From positions 1 through 36,451 of the forward strand of contig NW_021824690.1 of assembly GCF_006345805.1 (NCBI RefSeq): 36,451 nucleotides of DNA, in the 5' to 3' direction. The notes under the pieces are model-generated. The model was not told where the DNA came from and ran no database searches. It saw only the letters and a program-made list of their open reading frames with translations. The position numbers were made by a program, and so were the translations under genes. The DNA comes from Octopus sinensis (lineage: Eukaryota). Of the stretch, positions 1 through 11,424 are shown one piece after another; position 1 is the stretch's first letter, and each line of letters begins with the position of its first letter.

Positions 1-55
1 TACCTAACGCACCTACATTGTATATATATATATGTATATGTATATATGTGTGTTT

Positions 56-545
56 TCTATATATATATAAAACTAAGGATGTGTGAGCATCTGTGTGTGT
101 GTGTGTGTGAACCTGCAGAACTTCTGATGTTTGCAACTGATTTTCTCCAAACTGGGAACATACATTACTTATGTTCAGAGATGGTTTTAGACTCTTAAAA
201 TCTTTCACATAATAAGTAGAAAACCCTCTTTCCTGGGGTGCATACGACTGCCCACATGGCCCACGCATTGCTTCTGTTCAAACTGGAAAAAAACATCTAT
301 TGAACTGATATAAGTGGGTTGTATTAAATGGATGAACCGATGTAGACTTCAACTTGCATTGTCTAATTGGTAGCAATAATAGACCGTTCTCACAGTACCA
401 TAGGTAGCAATTTGTTGGGATAAAAAACCGTTTGGAATGCTTTATTTTTATTATGAAAAATATGCTAAAATATGTTAAATCCTGAGTAACTATTCAACTA
501 TTTCCTTTTAGCTTCAGTATCAAAGTCTTCCTTCTAAATATAGAT
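56..545. mobile_element. Probable Helentron/DINE-1-like non-autonomous element(s)
   Basis: Starts CTATATATATAAAACT followed by a (GT)n tract and ACTGATTTTCTCCAAACTGG; ends TTCTAAATATAGAT. Resembles HINE termini; boundaries uncertain. Confidence 0.35.
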
Positions 546-651
546 GAGAAACCCATACAAACATTCTTCAGCTATTGATTACAAACAGAACTATCGCATG
601 TACATTAACCTACTAATTTATGGTGCCTAAGACCCAACCATGTTAGTAAGA

Positions 652-1143
652 GAGACCGTGTCCTTAATGTGACCTTGCATGCCTGGATGCTGCACACGGA
701 ATTGGTTTTGTTTGAGAGCTGAGTTGTCCTTACAATGGTTGCACGCTGTTTACATGAAGGAGTCCATATTCGAGCCACAACTATTGATTCCGAACCACAC
801 CAGCGACCCAGTGTCACATGACCCAACTTATTAGCAGCAGCCATATGATGATGATCATCATCATCATCGTCATCATCATTACCATCATCATTGTCATCCT
901 CATCACCATTATCGTCATGGTCATCCTTGATGCATGGTCATCCTTGACGCATGGTCATCCTTGATGCATGGTCATCCTTGACGCATGGTCATCCTTTGTT
1001 AAAGACCATGTCTTTAATGTGACCTTGCATATCTTGACCTTACATGCATTTTAGTGTTTGCGTTTAAGAGCAGAGTTGTCCTCACAATGGTCACACACTG
1101 TTTACATGAACGAGTGCACATTTGAGACACAACTATTGATTCC
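652..1143 (+). repeat. Diverged ~140-bp direct repeat pair (652-790, ~1001-1143) flanking an (ATC)n tract and a 17-bp minisatellite
   Basis: AATGTGACCTTGCAT...GAGTTGTCC...CTGTTTACATGAA...CACAACTATTGATTCC occurs twice; CATGGTCATCCTTGA(T/C)G x4-5 at ~915-995. Confidence 0.8.
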
Positions 1144-1384
1144 AGGCTAAAATATCACATGCCACTCTTGTTTTCAAGCGCTTCCTTTCATGTGTATTTC
1201 TTTCATGTGGTGCATGCCCGACAGCTTAATTTATCATATAGAGATGTAGTTCCTATGTCTGCTGATTGTTCAGCATACTAGCAGCAGCACCAACGGCCGC
1301 AAGGAGAGTATATCCACTAAGAGCTTTCTGGTGTGTTTAAAAATCGCATGCCCACCACCCACGTTTCTGTGACATGGTAAAAGC

Positions 1385-1537
1385 CTGGAATCTTCCAACA
1401 TGTCACTTTACTCAAATTAGCCCTTCGTTTCTCCACAAATGTCTTGTCAATGCTGCACTTCTCTGTATCACATTCAACCTCACTGTACCATATATGCCAT
1501 TTAAATCCTGAGCAACACCGGGTATCACTGCTAGTAT
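1385..1537 (-). mobile_element. Helentron-associated (HINE-like) element 5' end
   Basis: Minus strand begins ACTAGCAGTGATACCCGGTGTTGCTCAGG. Homologous to 5985-6147 and similar to the start of 35698. Confidence 0.55.
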
Positions 1538-1573
1538 ATATATATGCATATAATATAGAAAGAATATATATAC

Positions 1574-1614
<41 letters not shown>

Positions 1615-1616
<2 letters not shown>

Positions 1617-1735
1617 TACGTTTCTGAGTTCAAATTCCACCGAGGTCAACTTTGCCTTTCATCCTTTCGGGGTCGATAAATTAAGTACCAATTACACACT
1701 GGGGTCGATGTAATCGACTTAATCCATTTGTCTGT
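1615..1735 (+). mobile_element. tRNA-derived SINE fragment (family B)
   Basis: B-box-like GAGTTCAAATTCC followed by GAGGTCAACTTTGCCTTTCATCCTTTCGGGGTCGATAAA; same family as 20332-20608 and 21950-22490. Confidence 0.8.
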
Positions 1736-1779
1736 CCTTGTTTGTCCCCTCTGTGTTTAGCCCCTTGTGGGTAGTAAAG

Positions 1780-1826
<47 letters not shown>

Positions 1827-1865
1827 TATTCAAAGAATATATATACATATATATTCTTTTCTTTT

Positions 1866-2090
1866 ATCCTTTTACTTGTTTCAGTCATTTGACTGTGGCT
1901 ATGCTGGAGCACCACCTTTAGTCAAACAAATCGACCCTGGGACTTATTCTTTGTAAGCCTAGTACTTATTCTATCAGTTTCTTTATCCGAACTGCTAAGT
2001 TACGGGGACATAAATACACTAGCATTGCCTGACAACCGATGTTGGGGAACAAGCAGACATACAAACACACACACACACACACACATATAC

Positions 2091-2165
<75 letters not shown>

Positions 2166-2282
2166 TATATATACAAAGGGTTTCTTTTCAACCCAGGCTA
2201 TTGTATATGGGAATTGCCCATGGTGCAACACAGTAGGACTGAACCTGGAACCATGTAGTTGGTAAGCAGGCTACTTAACACT
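1866..2282 (-). mobile_element. tRNA-derived SINE (family A) with internal microsatellite
   Basis: Homologous to 10981-11408 and 22699-23096; 3' end ...GACTGAAACAAGTAAAA on the minus strand. Confidence 0.85.
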
Positions 2283-2289
2283 ATATATA

Positions 2290-2490
2290 TAGATATATAT
2301 GTTTGATATACATCTATATATATAAACATATATATAGTTTTATATATACACACACATAATTATGTTTGTATGGGTATCTATAGTATATATGAGTGTATGT
2401 ATATAACGTATGCATGTATGTATATGCGTATACGTGTACATGTGTGTATGCACATGCATGTATGTGTATATGGATGTGTGTGCATGTATG

Positions 2491-2521
<31 letters not shown>

Positions 2522-2729
2522 ATGTGTGTGTGTATAAGCCCCCCCACCCTCCACCCCGCCGACTGCTGCTCTCAAGAATATCATATGGTGTTAGTTTAAG
2601 ACATACTTTCTCTTCAGCTGCTCCTCCACCACCGCCACCACCACCACCACCAAACACGCCTCACCCATCTCCCACAGCCCCTTTCTGAATCCATTAACCC
2701 AGTTTAACCCTCCATAAACAACAACGACG

Positions 2730-2762
<33 letters not shown>

Positions 2763-3158
2763 GTAACAAGAATAACAAGACCAATAACAAAAATTATGTG
2801 TGAAAATGTTGTGTGAATTTGTAACATCATCATCATCAGCAGCAGCAGCAGCAACAACACCTCTCTTATTAGCAGCAGCCCTATGATGATGATGATGATC
2901 ATCATCATCATCGTCATCATCGTCATCATCATCATTATCATCATCATCATTGCCACCATCATCATTGTCATCGTCGTTATCATCATCATTACCATCATTA
3001 TCATCATCATCATCATCATCATTGCCACCATCATCATTGTCATCGTCGTCATCATCATCATTACCATCATTATCATCATCATCATCATCATCATTGCCAC
3101 CATCATCATCATCACCATCATCATCATCACCATCATCATAGTTGTACTCAAGGTCATT

Positions 3159-3190
<32 letters not shown>

Positions 3191-3340
3191 TTTTCTCAAC
3201 AACCCTTCCATGTTCCACTTCCACCATCACCATCACCCTAACCCTAACCACAATCGGAAGAAGGGTGGTGAGGGTTAGGATGCAGAGGAAGAACACCCTC
3301 CTCTGCCTCCTCCTCCTCCTCTACTCCCTCTAGCTCCCTT
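2290..3340. repeat. Compound microsatellite block (TA/CA, CCA, AAC, ATC) with ~70-bp higher-order ATC repeats
   Basis: Directly visible; source of the D/N-, M- and I-rich pseudo-ORFs. Confidence 0.95.
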
Positions 3341-3702
3341 TTTTTTTCTTTGGTGCCTGTGATGAGGCCCTGTTGCAACAAACCTTATTTCTTTCCTCTC
3401 ACCCCACTTCATAGACTGTCACCACCATCACCCCCACCACTTCTACCAGAAACAACAACATCCCCATCTCCAACACCACCGATTACAAGGTTATACCCAA
3501 CTACTCTTGCCTACAAAAACATTCTCACCATCAACATTTCTCCAACATCACTACCATCATCATCATCATCACTTACACAATTTTAAAGAGTCAATGTGAG
3601 AAATTCTCTGACATGGCCCAAGAAATAGCAGCCAAAATCTCTCTCAAATCACACTCAACTATTGTATGTATATGAATATATACATAGAGAGAAATATGTA
3701 TA

Positions 3703-3743
<41 letters not shown>

Positions 3744-3766
3744 GTTTGTATACACACACACACAAA

Positions 3767-3977
3767 TATGAGGGTGTGCTGAAAAGTTCGTTACTTTTGG
3801 TAAAAGAAAATAGAGGAAGATCAGTTAATTATGATTTTATTCAACATATTCCCCTCTCAGATTCACACACTTATTGCAGCAGCCCTTCAGTTTTTCTAAG
3901 CTCTGTAAAAGAACTCAGAAGGATGGGCTTCCAACCAGGATTTTTGCCAGGAACTTTTCAACATCCCTTCATGCGTA
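3767..3977. mobile_element. Mariner-type MITE
   Basis: TIRs TA(T/C)GAGGGTGTGCTGAAAAGTTC ... GGAACTTTTCAACATCCC with TA ends; second copy at 4955-5181. Confidence 0.8.
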
Positions 3978-4022
<45 letters not shown>

Positions 4023-4026
<4 letters not shown>

Positions 4027-4319
4027 CATAAGGGACATTAGCCAACTGAATATGGCTAGGGACAGGGCAGGGTGGTGGGGGTGTCACTGTTGCATTTAGC
4101 CCCAGGCGAACATCAACGTCACCAGATAGGCCGACACCATCACGGCGTCCTCTATCTTGCAAAGGGAGATCATTCCCCAAGAAAAGATAGAGGACGCCGT
4201 GATGGCGTCGGCCTATCTGGTGACGTTGATGTTCGCCTGTGGCTAAATGCAACAGTGACACCCCCACCACCCTGCCTTGTCCCTAGCCATATTCAGTTGG
4301 CTAATGTCCCTTATGTTAT
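4023..4319. repeat. Near-perfect foldback: 136-bp arms (4023-4158 / 4184-4319), 25-bp spacer
   Basis: Arms are reverse complements with 3 mismatches counted by eye; GC-rich relative to the flanks. Confidence 0.95.
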
Positions 4320-4394
4320 GGAGCAGTCACTGTCTATATCTCATTTAGAGAATTATTATTGCTATATATATATACATATATATATATTGAAGTA

Positions 4395-4826
4395 GATAAA
4401 TGAATTACCTTATTACGGACAATTCAAATGATAACTGATACCTGGGTAGCAAAAATCACAACAGAAAAAGCACGGTTGAGGTTACGACCATGGGGCCTAA
4501 AATCCGTGCCTTAGTGCGGAAATTTGAAGTTTTATATATTTAGTGTAGGAAGAAATGGAGCTGAACGAAGATTTAACAAAATTCCTTTTTATTATTTTCT
4601 ACATATGTTTCAAAGGCTGCAAAGTCCCTAATTCGGATTGAATAAGGAGTCCATTTTGCAGCCTTCTCTTCAGGAAAATCCAGGAACTTAATTCTCCAAC
4701 AAAATGCACAGCAAGCTTTTCGACAAACACTTACGAGGAGCCCAAGCCTTTGAAACATATGTAGAAAAAATAAAAAGGAATTTTGTTAAATCTTCGTTCA
4801 GCTCCATTTCTTCCTACACTAAATAC
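4395..4826 (-). mobile_element. Penelope-like pLTR-derived element with inverted ~82-bp arms (4537-4618 / 4745-4825), between (TA)n tracts
   Basis: Inverted arms visible; carries an HHR fold. Penelope assignment is inferred from the HHR plus the inverted truncated copy. Confidence 0.6.
4594..4679 (-). ncRNA. Type I hammerhead ribozyme (complete core)
   Basis: AUUUUC-CUGAAGA-G-AAGGCUGCAAA-loop-UUUGCAGCCUU-U-GAAAC-AUAU-GUA/GAAAAU: 6-bp stem I, 11-bp perfect stem II, palindromic stem III, GUA cleavage triplet. Confidence 0.85.
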
Positions 4827-4836
4827 TTATATATAT

Positions 4837-4868
<32 letters not shown>

Positions 4869-4887
4869 ATATATATATATAATATAT

Positions 4888-4936
<49 letters not shown>

Positions 4937-4954
4937 AGTATATACACACACATA

Positions 4955-5181
4955 CACGAGGGGAGTGGGGGTGCTGGAAAGTTCCTGGCTTTGGGTAAAA
5001 GAAATAGAGGAGGATCAGTTAATGATGATTTTATTCAACATCCTCCCTTTCTCAGATTTACAAACTTTTGCAGGTGGTTCTTCAGTTTTTCTAAGCCCTG
5101 GAAAGAACTCAGAAGGTTGGGTCTCTAACCAGACCTTTCTGGATACCCTTAAAGCCAGGAACTTTTCAGCACCTCCTTGTA
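4955..5181. mobile_element. Mariner-type MITE, second copy
   Basis: GGTGCTGGAAAGTTCCTGGCTTT ... AAAGCCAGGAACTTTTCAGCACC-TA TIRs. Confidence 0.8.
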
Positions 5182-5407
5182 TATATATACACTAGCTGGT
5201 GGCCCTATGCCATCAAAAAAGACAGCTAATTGTAGTATTTCACATATAAATACGAATGGTAATTCAAATTAATGCACTTGTCAACGTTATCTAGTGGTTG
5301 TCTTTTGAGCTGTGACATTGAACATCATTTGTTACTGAAAGAATGCTGGATCACACTCATAAACATTCACATACTTCAATTGTACACGTACACACATATA
5401 CTCACAC

Positions 5408-5810
5408 AGAGTTGAAATGCTGTTTGATTTTTCTTTTCAGCATTCAATATTCACCATCCCATTTCCATTGCACACACACACACATGCACACACATTCACA
5501 TACCTCCCTTTTACACACACACACATATATACTTATACAGAGTTGAAATGCTGTTTGATTTTTCTTTTCAGCATTCAATATTCACCATCCCATTTCCATT
5601 GCACACATGCACATGCACACACATTCACATACCTCCCTTTTACACACACACACATATATACTTATACAGAGTTGAAATGCTGTTTGATTTTTCTTTTCAG
5701 CATTCAATATTCACCATCCCATTTCCATTGCACACACACACATGCACACACATTCACATACCTCCCCTTTACACACACACACATATATACTTATACAGAG
5801 TTGAAATGCT
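5408..5810 (+). repeat. ~130-bp minisatellite, 3 copies plus a partial
   Basis: AGAGTTGAAATGC recurs at 5408, 5539, 5668 and 5797. Confidence 0.95.
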
Positions 5811-5984
5811 CCCACTACCAGTTTGCTATCACCCCTTCCTTCCTTATTCACCTATCACCCATTCTTTCCCTATTCATCTATCACTCCTTCCTTTCTCATC
5901 CCTATATTGTGACAAGAAAAACACAAGAGTATTATTACAGTAGATCGTTTCAGTCATTAGACTGTGGCCCATGCTGGAGCCTGG

Positions 5985-6147
5985 AATCTTCCAAACAGTT
6001 GCATGGCATGTCACTTACTTGAATTTGCCCTTCATTTACCCACAAATGTCTTGTTGTCAATGCTGCACTTCCCCGTATCACATTTCAACCTAACTGTACC
6101 ATATACGCCATTTAAATCCAGAGCAACACCAGGTATCTCTACTAGTA
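5985..6147 (-). mobile_element. HINE-like element 5' end
   Basis: Homologous to 1385-1537; minus strand starts ACTAGTAGAGATACCTGGTGTTGCTCTGG. Confidence 0.55.
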
Positions 6148-6422
6148 TATCACAGAATATACAAAGAATATATATATATATTATTATATATATATAATAA
6201 TATATATATATATATAATATATATATATTAATATATATATATATATATATATATTGTAATATTATTATAAATAATAATGATAGTAAGGAATATAATTCCA
6301 AACTTACAGGGAAAAATTCAATTTAGCAATTCTAAATCAAATTTCACAATATATAATATATGTATATAATTAAGAGAAATAACTTCTATTAAGCAATTCA
6401 ATAGTGAAAGACATTATCCATA

Positions 6423-6651
6423 TTAACCCTTTCATTACCAACCCAGCCAAAACCGGCTCTGGCTCTGTAGTACAAATGTCTTGTTTTCATAAGTTTTGCA
6501 TCAAAATATACCACCAAACCTTAGTCACAATTTATGTTCCTAACACTAGCTTAATGATAACTAAGTTATTTTACTAAATTCTTTGTTATAATTAAAATAA
6601 TTGAAAGAAACACAGAGCATCTCAAAATAAACACCGTAACGAAAGGGTTAA
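6423..6651. mobile_element. piggyBac-type MITE
   Basis: TTAA-CCCTTTC ... GAAAGGG-TTAA. Removing it restores the colinear inverted arm, confirming a TTAA target duplication. Confidence 0.85.
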
Positions 6652-7378
6652 ATAGGAAAAATTTTAATATACTATAATAAATATTATTCAAAAAATTAAT
6701 AAATTAAATAAACATTAAATAGACATCAAATTGACTACATGCATTTTGTGACTATCTTTAAATCAATAATAATAAAATCGATACTATTAAAATTAATTTG
6801 GTTTAAAAATACAGCCACTCTTCAGGTTTAAAATAATAAAATAAATGTATTTTATCTAACAAATAAACGTATTGTAACAATAAATAATCGAATAAAATTT
6901 AACAATATTAATGAAAAATAAAATCATAACTTATCTTATTGAATAATACTAGTTAACTAAAATTTTAACTTAGAACCTAACATTTCTAAGAAATTTATCA
7001 CATGAAAACATGACGTAAATAATAACTATAGAATAAATAGATAGAAAAATGTATTTTATCTTTGAAAATAATATGTATTTTAGCTGTGAAAATAAGAAGT
7101 AAACTAGATGTAATATACCATTTACTGGAAAATTCGAAATACTCAATAATTTAAAACTAAAATACATAAAATACATAAAATACATAAAATAAACTAAATT
7201 TCTATAACTTAATTTATATTCATCAATTTAATTATTTATTTTATAAACACCTTGGTTTAATCTTATTCTAATTATATAATATACACTACTAGTCTACTGC
7301 TAAATTATACTCATTATACTACTACAAATTATAACTACAAAAATTAGTGACATAAATCAGGGTTTATATGTACACAAA

Positions 7379-7600
7379 TTAGCTAAACTTATTATATAAG
7401 TAATTTAACTTATGCCTACATTTAATTTTTCGTTCATCTTGGAAAATTAATTTTTTTGTTATTAGATAGTAATATCTCCATAAATTCATTTGTACATAGT
7501 AAGCAAAAATTATTACCTATTCGATAAGATTTAGCTTTACAAACTATCTCCCAATTTAAATTATACTTATTTCCTTTAGATTTCAATTTCCATTTATTTA
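7379..7600 (-). pseudogene. C-terminal relic of a Penelope-like GIY-YIG endonuclease
   Basis: Manual translation: KWKLKSKGNKYNLNWEIVCKAKSYRIGNNFCLLCTNEFMEILLSNNKKIN, frameshift, KCRHKLNYL. Matches the W-LK / W-I / Y / CxLC-E / LN / CRH pattern. Confidence 0.7.
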
Positions 7601-7764
7601 ATTTATTGATTTTTTAAAATAATTTTTATCATAGTATATTTAAATTTTTTCTATTTAATATGGATAATATCTCACTATTGAATTGCTTAATAGAAGTTAT
7701 TTCTCTTAATTAAATACATATATCATATATATTTATTTAGCTGTGAATAAGCTGAATAACAATA

Positions 7765-8505
7765 ATTCTCCAGGGTCTGATAGAATCTGTGCAGAGGTCT
7801 TGAAACATGGAGAAGACAAAATGTTTGAACTCTTAAATATATTAATTAATTTATCACTTTTGGAGAATTGAGGAAGTGCCTCAAGACTGGACTGATGCCA
7901 TTTTAGTCTCCTTGTATAAATTGGGGCTAAAGGATCTGTGTGGTAATTTTAAAGTGGGATTTCACTTTTGTCTGTGGTTGGAAAGGTACTTGTTCACATT
8001 CTGTTAGAACATTTAAATACCTTCACAGTTCCAAATATAGTATCTGAGTCTCAATGGGTTTTGCTCCTCCATGAGTACAGCTGATTGTATTTTTACTATC
8101 AGACAATTTCAGGAAAAGTGCACTGAACAGAATCTTGCCCTATACCGTTGTTTTGTTGATTTAAGCAAGGTATTTGATACTGTTAATCAAAATTCTCCGT
8201 GGCTCATTCTAAGGAAAATAGGTTGTCCAGAAAAAATTGTAAACATGATTAGATATGAAGACTAGAGTTAATTTCTGGATCTTTTGCCATGGAAAATGAA
8301 GTAAAGCAAGGAGACCTTGATGCACCCACCCTCTTTGCAATATACTTTGCTGTTGTGCTGTCACATGCTTTTCAGAACTCTGAGGAGGGTATTTACATAA
8401 AATATCTAACAACAGGGAATGTTTTTAATCTGACCAGACGGAAATTCAAAACAAAGGTTTTTACTTCACTCATTAGGGAACACTTCTACACTTACGATTA
8501 TGATC
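7765..8505 (+). pseudogene. Degenerate RTE(BovB-like) LINE reverse-transcriptase fragment
   Basis: Pieces SPGSDRICAEVLKHG, VPQDWTDAILVSLYK, STADCIFTIRQFQEKC, FVDLSKVFDTV, VKQGDLDAPTLF, GNVFNL; multiple frameshifts. Confidence 0.85.
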
Positions 8506-8601
8506 GAGTAGTTACTCTCAAAAATTTACTTTTATATATGTATGTATATATATATGTATGTATGTATGTATATATATATATATATATATACACATACATA
8601 C

Positions 8602-8906
8602 AGCATCCGACTCGTGGCCGATGCCAGGGCCGCCTCGACTGGCTTCTGTGCCGGTGGCACGTAAAATACACCAATCCGACCGTGGCCGTCGCCGTTGCCA
8701 GCCTCGCCTGGCACCTGTGCAGGTGGCACGTAAAAAGCACCCACTACACTCACGGAGTGGTTGGCGTTAGGAAGGGCATCCAGCTGTAGAAACATTGCCA
8801 GATAAGACTGGAGCCTGGTGCAGCCTTCTGGCTTCCCAGACCCCAGTTGAACCGTCCAACCCATGCTAGCATGGAGAACGGACGTTAAACGATGATGATG
8901 ATGATG

Positions 8907-8908
<2 letters not shown>
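8602..8908 (+). mobile_element. 5'-truncated RTE 3' end (or RTE-tail SINE) with (GAT)n tail
   Basis: ...CCAACCCATGCTAGCATGGAGAACGGACGTTAAAC(GAT)n; homologous to the tail of the 11.8-16.8 kb LINE. Confidence 0.85.
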
Positions 8909-8942
<34 letters not shown>

Positions 8943-9289
8943 ATGTATCTGTGTGTGTGTGCGCGTGCGCAACAGGCTTCTTTCAGTTTCCATCAACCAA
9001 ATCCACTCAGAAGGCTTTGCTCAGTAGAAGACACTTGCCCAAGGTTGGATACAATGTGTCTGAACTTGGAGCTATGTAAATGGGAAGCAAACCTTTTACC
9101 ACATAGCCAGGCAGACAGACAGATAGGTAGGCATGCAGACATACAGACACATACATACATACATATCCAAATTATCACTGAAACTGTAAAACTTTGCAGA
9201 AGTTTATCATTTAAATATATATTAGCATGTCTAGATATGCAACTATATGCATGAGAATACATACAAAGTAGAACATACAAATTTGCATG

Positions 9290-9297
9290 CACACACA

Positions 9298-9343
<46 letters not shown>

Positions 9344-9670
9344 TACATGCATACAAAAATATCCTGTTGTTCATGTTGAAATTCCAATGAATCTATAGAA
9401 TCTATAGAAATTGGCTCTTTCTCTATTGGCAAGAAATCTTGAAATAACACTAAATGAGGACATGCATATATACATACATACATACATACATACATACATA
9501 CATACATACATACATACATACATACATACATACATACATACATACATAGACAAGTCCTTGAATCTAGGTTAGAAACCGGCTCTTTCTCTAATGGCAAGAA
9601 ATCTTGAAATAAAACTGAACAATGACATACATACATACATACATACATACATACATACATACATACATAG
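9290..9670. repeat. (CA)n/(TACA)n microsatellites interleaved with a twice-repeated ~60-bp spacer
   Basis: GGCTCTTTCTCTA(T/A)TGGCAAGAAATCTTGAAATAA at ~9415 and ~9578. Confidence 0.85.
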
Positions 9671-10027
9671 ACAAGTAGAGTAGATGGTTAGATAGCTATA
9701 TAATCAATAGATAGACAGATAGACTCTACAGACACAAAGACAGATTAACACATTTATATATAGAGAGAGAGAAAGAGAGAGAGAAACAGGTAGACTAGAT
9801 ACACACACACTCACATACAACCATACATGCACACGCATACATACATACCTGATTTTCTCAAAACTTCCATGCTTTCTGAGATTCGCCAACACCACACCTG
9901 ATTTTCTCCCCTCCATACATACACAAGCATGTAGCTGACTCATGCATTGTTTGCTTTCCAAACACTTGTACATTACTGCACATACTCTGACAAGTTGTGG
10001 TGCACCTGAGCACTGTATACAATAATT

Positions 10028-10062
<35 letters not shown>

Positions 10063-10137
10063 CAGACAGTTAGAGAGAGACTAGCTTGATAAATAGACAG
10101 ACTATGTAGATAGATAGGTAGATAGACTATATAGACC

Positions 10138-10452
10138 ATAGGTTCTCAAAGTGAGTGCTTCTGCCCCCTGGTGGGAATTGAGAGGGTCCAGAAGGGAGCT
10201 GGTGTCTAAAGGGGCAGTAAAGAAAAAAGAGGCATTAGGAGAAAGACAGTGGATTGGAGGACGCTTATGAATTTATAATATCATTATAGTACTGTATACA
10301 AATTATATAATATTAAATATCAAATGATTCATAGTTTATATAAATTAGTAAAATATAAAATATTTATTTATACATAAAAATGGGGCTGGGGGCACAGAGG
10401 GTATTATGTGGCTATGAGGTGGGCAGTGGCCCCAAAAATTTGATGACCTTTG
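10138..10452. mobile_element. Possible hAT-type MITE
   Basis: Left end CATAGGTTCTCAAAGTG and degenerate right end AAAAATTTGATGACCTTTG resemble CAGGGGTTCTCAAA...TTTGAGAACCCCTG termini. Confidence 0.4.
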
Positions 10453-10980
10453 AGATAGGCAGGTAGAAGATATTGATATAGATACAACAGGGATTAGCGT
10501 ATTTTGCATTAAAATCTACTGGAAAGTATTAAGAACAAATATCCTAATCCTTATTTTCAGAATTCTCTGTAAAAATAATGATTTTTTTTTTTATTGGTTA
10601 GCAGATATAAGCACTGATTAGCAAACAGCTTATTCACTGAAATCCTAAAAGTCAGTGGCTTGTTTAGGCTCAAAGATAAGGATGCTACTTCAGGTTGATG
10701 AAATGCTGGAACACTTGTGTCTCAGAATCTTTTGCACCAATGAACCAAGAGTATTGAACATTCTGTTGTTATAAAAGAGAAAGAGAGAGAGGTTATTCTC
10801 CTATGACACATACTACAGCGACTAGCATATTTGTGCATCTGAACCTACCTGGATGCATTAAAGATCCATATGCAAATCATCAATATATATATAAGCAGTG
10901 ATCAGCTCAATGCCTAATATTTTGGGGGAATTAATTTCCTTAAAATGGTAGGTATATATATATATATATATATAAGCATA

Positions 10981-11208
10981 TACTCTTTACTCTTTTACTT
11001 GTTTCAGTCATTTTGACTGCAGCCATGCTGGAGCACCGCCTTTAGTCGAGCAAATCGACCCCGCGACTTATTCTTTTGTAAGCCCAGTGCTTATTCTATC
11101 GGTCTCTTTTGCCGAACCGCTAAGTGACGGGGACGTAAACACACCAGCATCGGTTGTCAAGCAATGCTAGGGGGACAAACACAGACACACAAACACAGAC
11201 ACACACAC

Positions 11209-11247
<39 letters not shown>

Positions 11248-11408
11248 TACGACAGGCTTCTTTCAGTTTCCGTCTACCAAATCCACTCACAAGGCATTGG
11301 TCGGCCCGGGGCTATAGTAGAAGACACTTGCCCAAGATGCCACGCAGTGGGACTGAACCCAGAACCATGTGGTTGGTTAGCAAGCTACTTACCACACAGC
11401 CACTCCTA
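10981..11408 (-). mobile_element. Full-length tRNA-derived SINE (family A)
   Basis: Minus-strand head GGAGTGGCTGTGTGGTAAGTAGC...GGGTTCAGTCCC (A/B-box-like), internal (TA)/(CA)n, repeated 3' AAAAGAGT tail. Confidence 0.9.
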
Positions 11409-11424
11409 GTTTATATTCATACAA

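Larger units (their letters stand above)
6270..7735. mobile_element. AT-rich Penelope-like composite with ~135-bp inverted arms (6349-6715, interrupted / 7595-7733)
   Basis: ATTAAGAGAAATAACTTCTATTAAGCAATTCAATAGTGA present in both orientations; GIY-YIG C-terminal relic inside. Confidence 0.6.

Noticed and set aside
2591-3333. 200-aa D/N-rich, M-rich and I-rich ORFs resembling biomineral or low-complexity proteins
   Set aside because: All frames of an ATC/AAC microsatellite are open; no unique coding context or splice signals.
3896-4395. Two near-identical ORFs on opposite strands (MVGVSLLHLA...)
   Set aside because: Simple consequence of the 4023-4319 hairpin; no protein family recognised.
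5417-6022. 201-aa repetitive ORF
   Set aside because: Translation of the 130-bp minisatellite.
6650-7600. Possible mitochondrial insertion (NUMT) because of extreme AT content
   Set aside because: No conserved 12S/16S motifs or mt-tRNA folds seen; part translates as a Penelope-type endonuclease instead.
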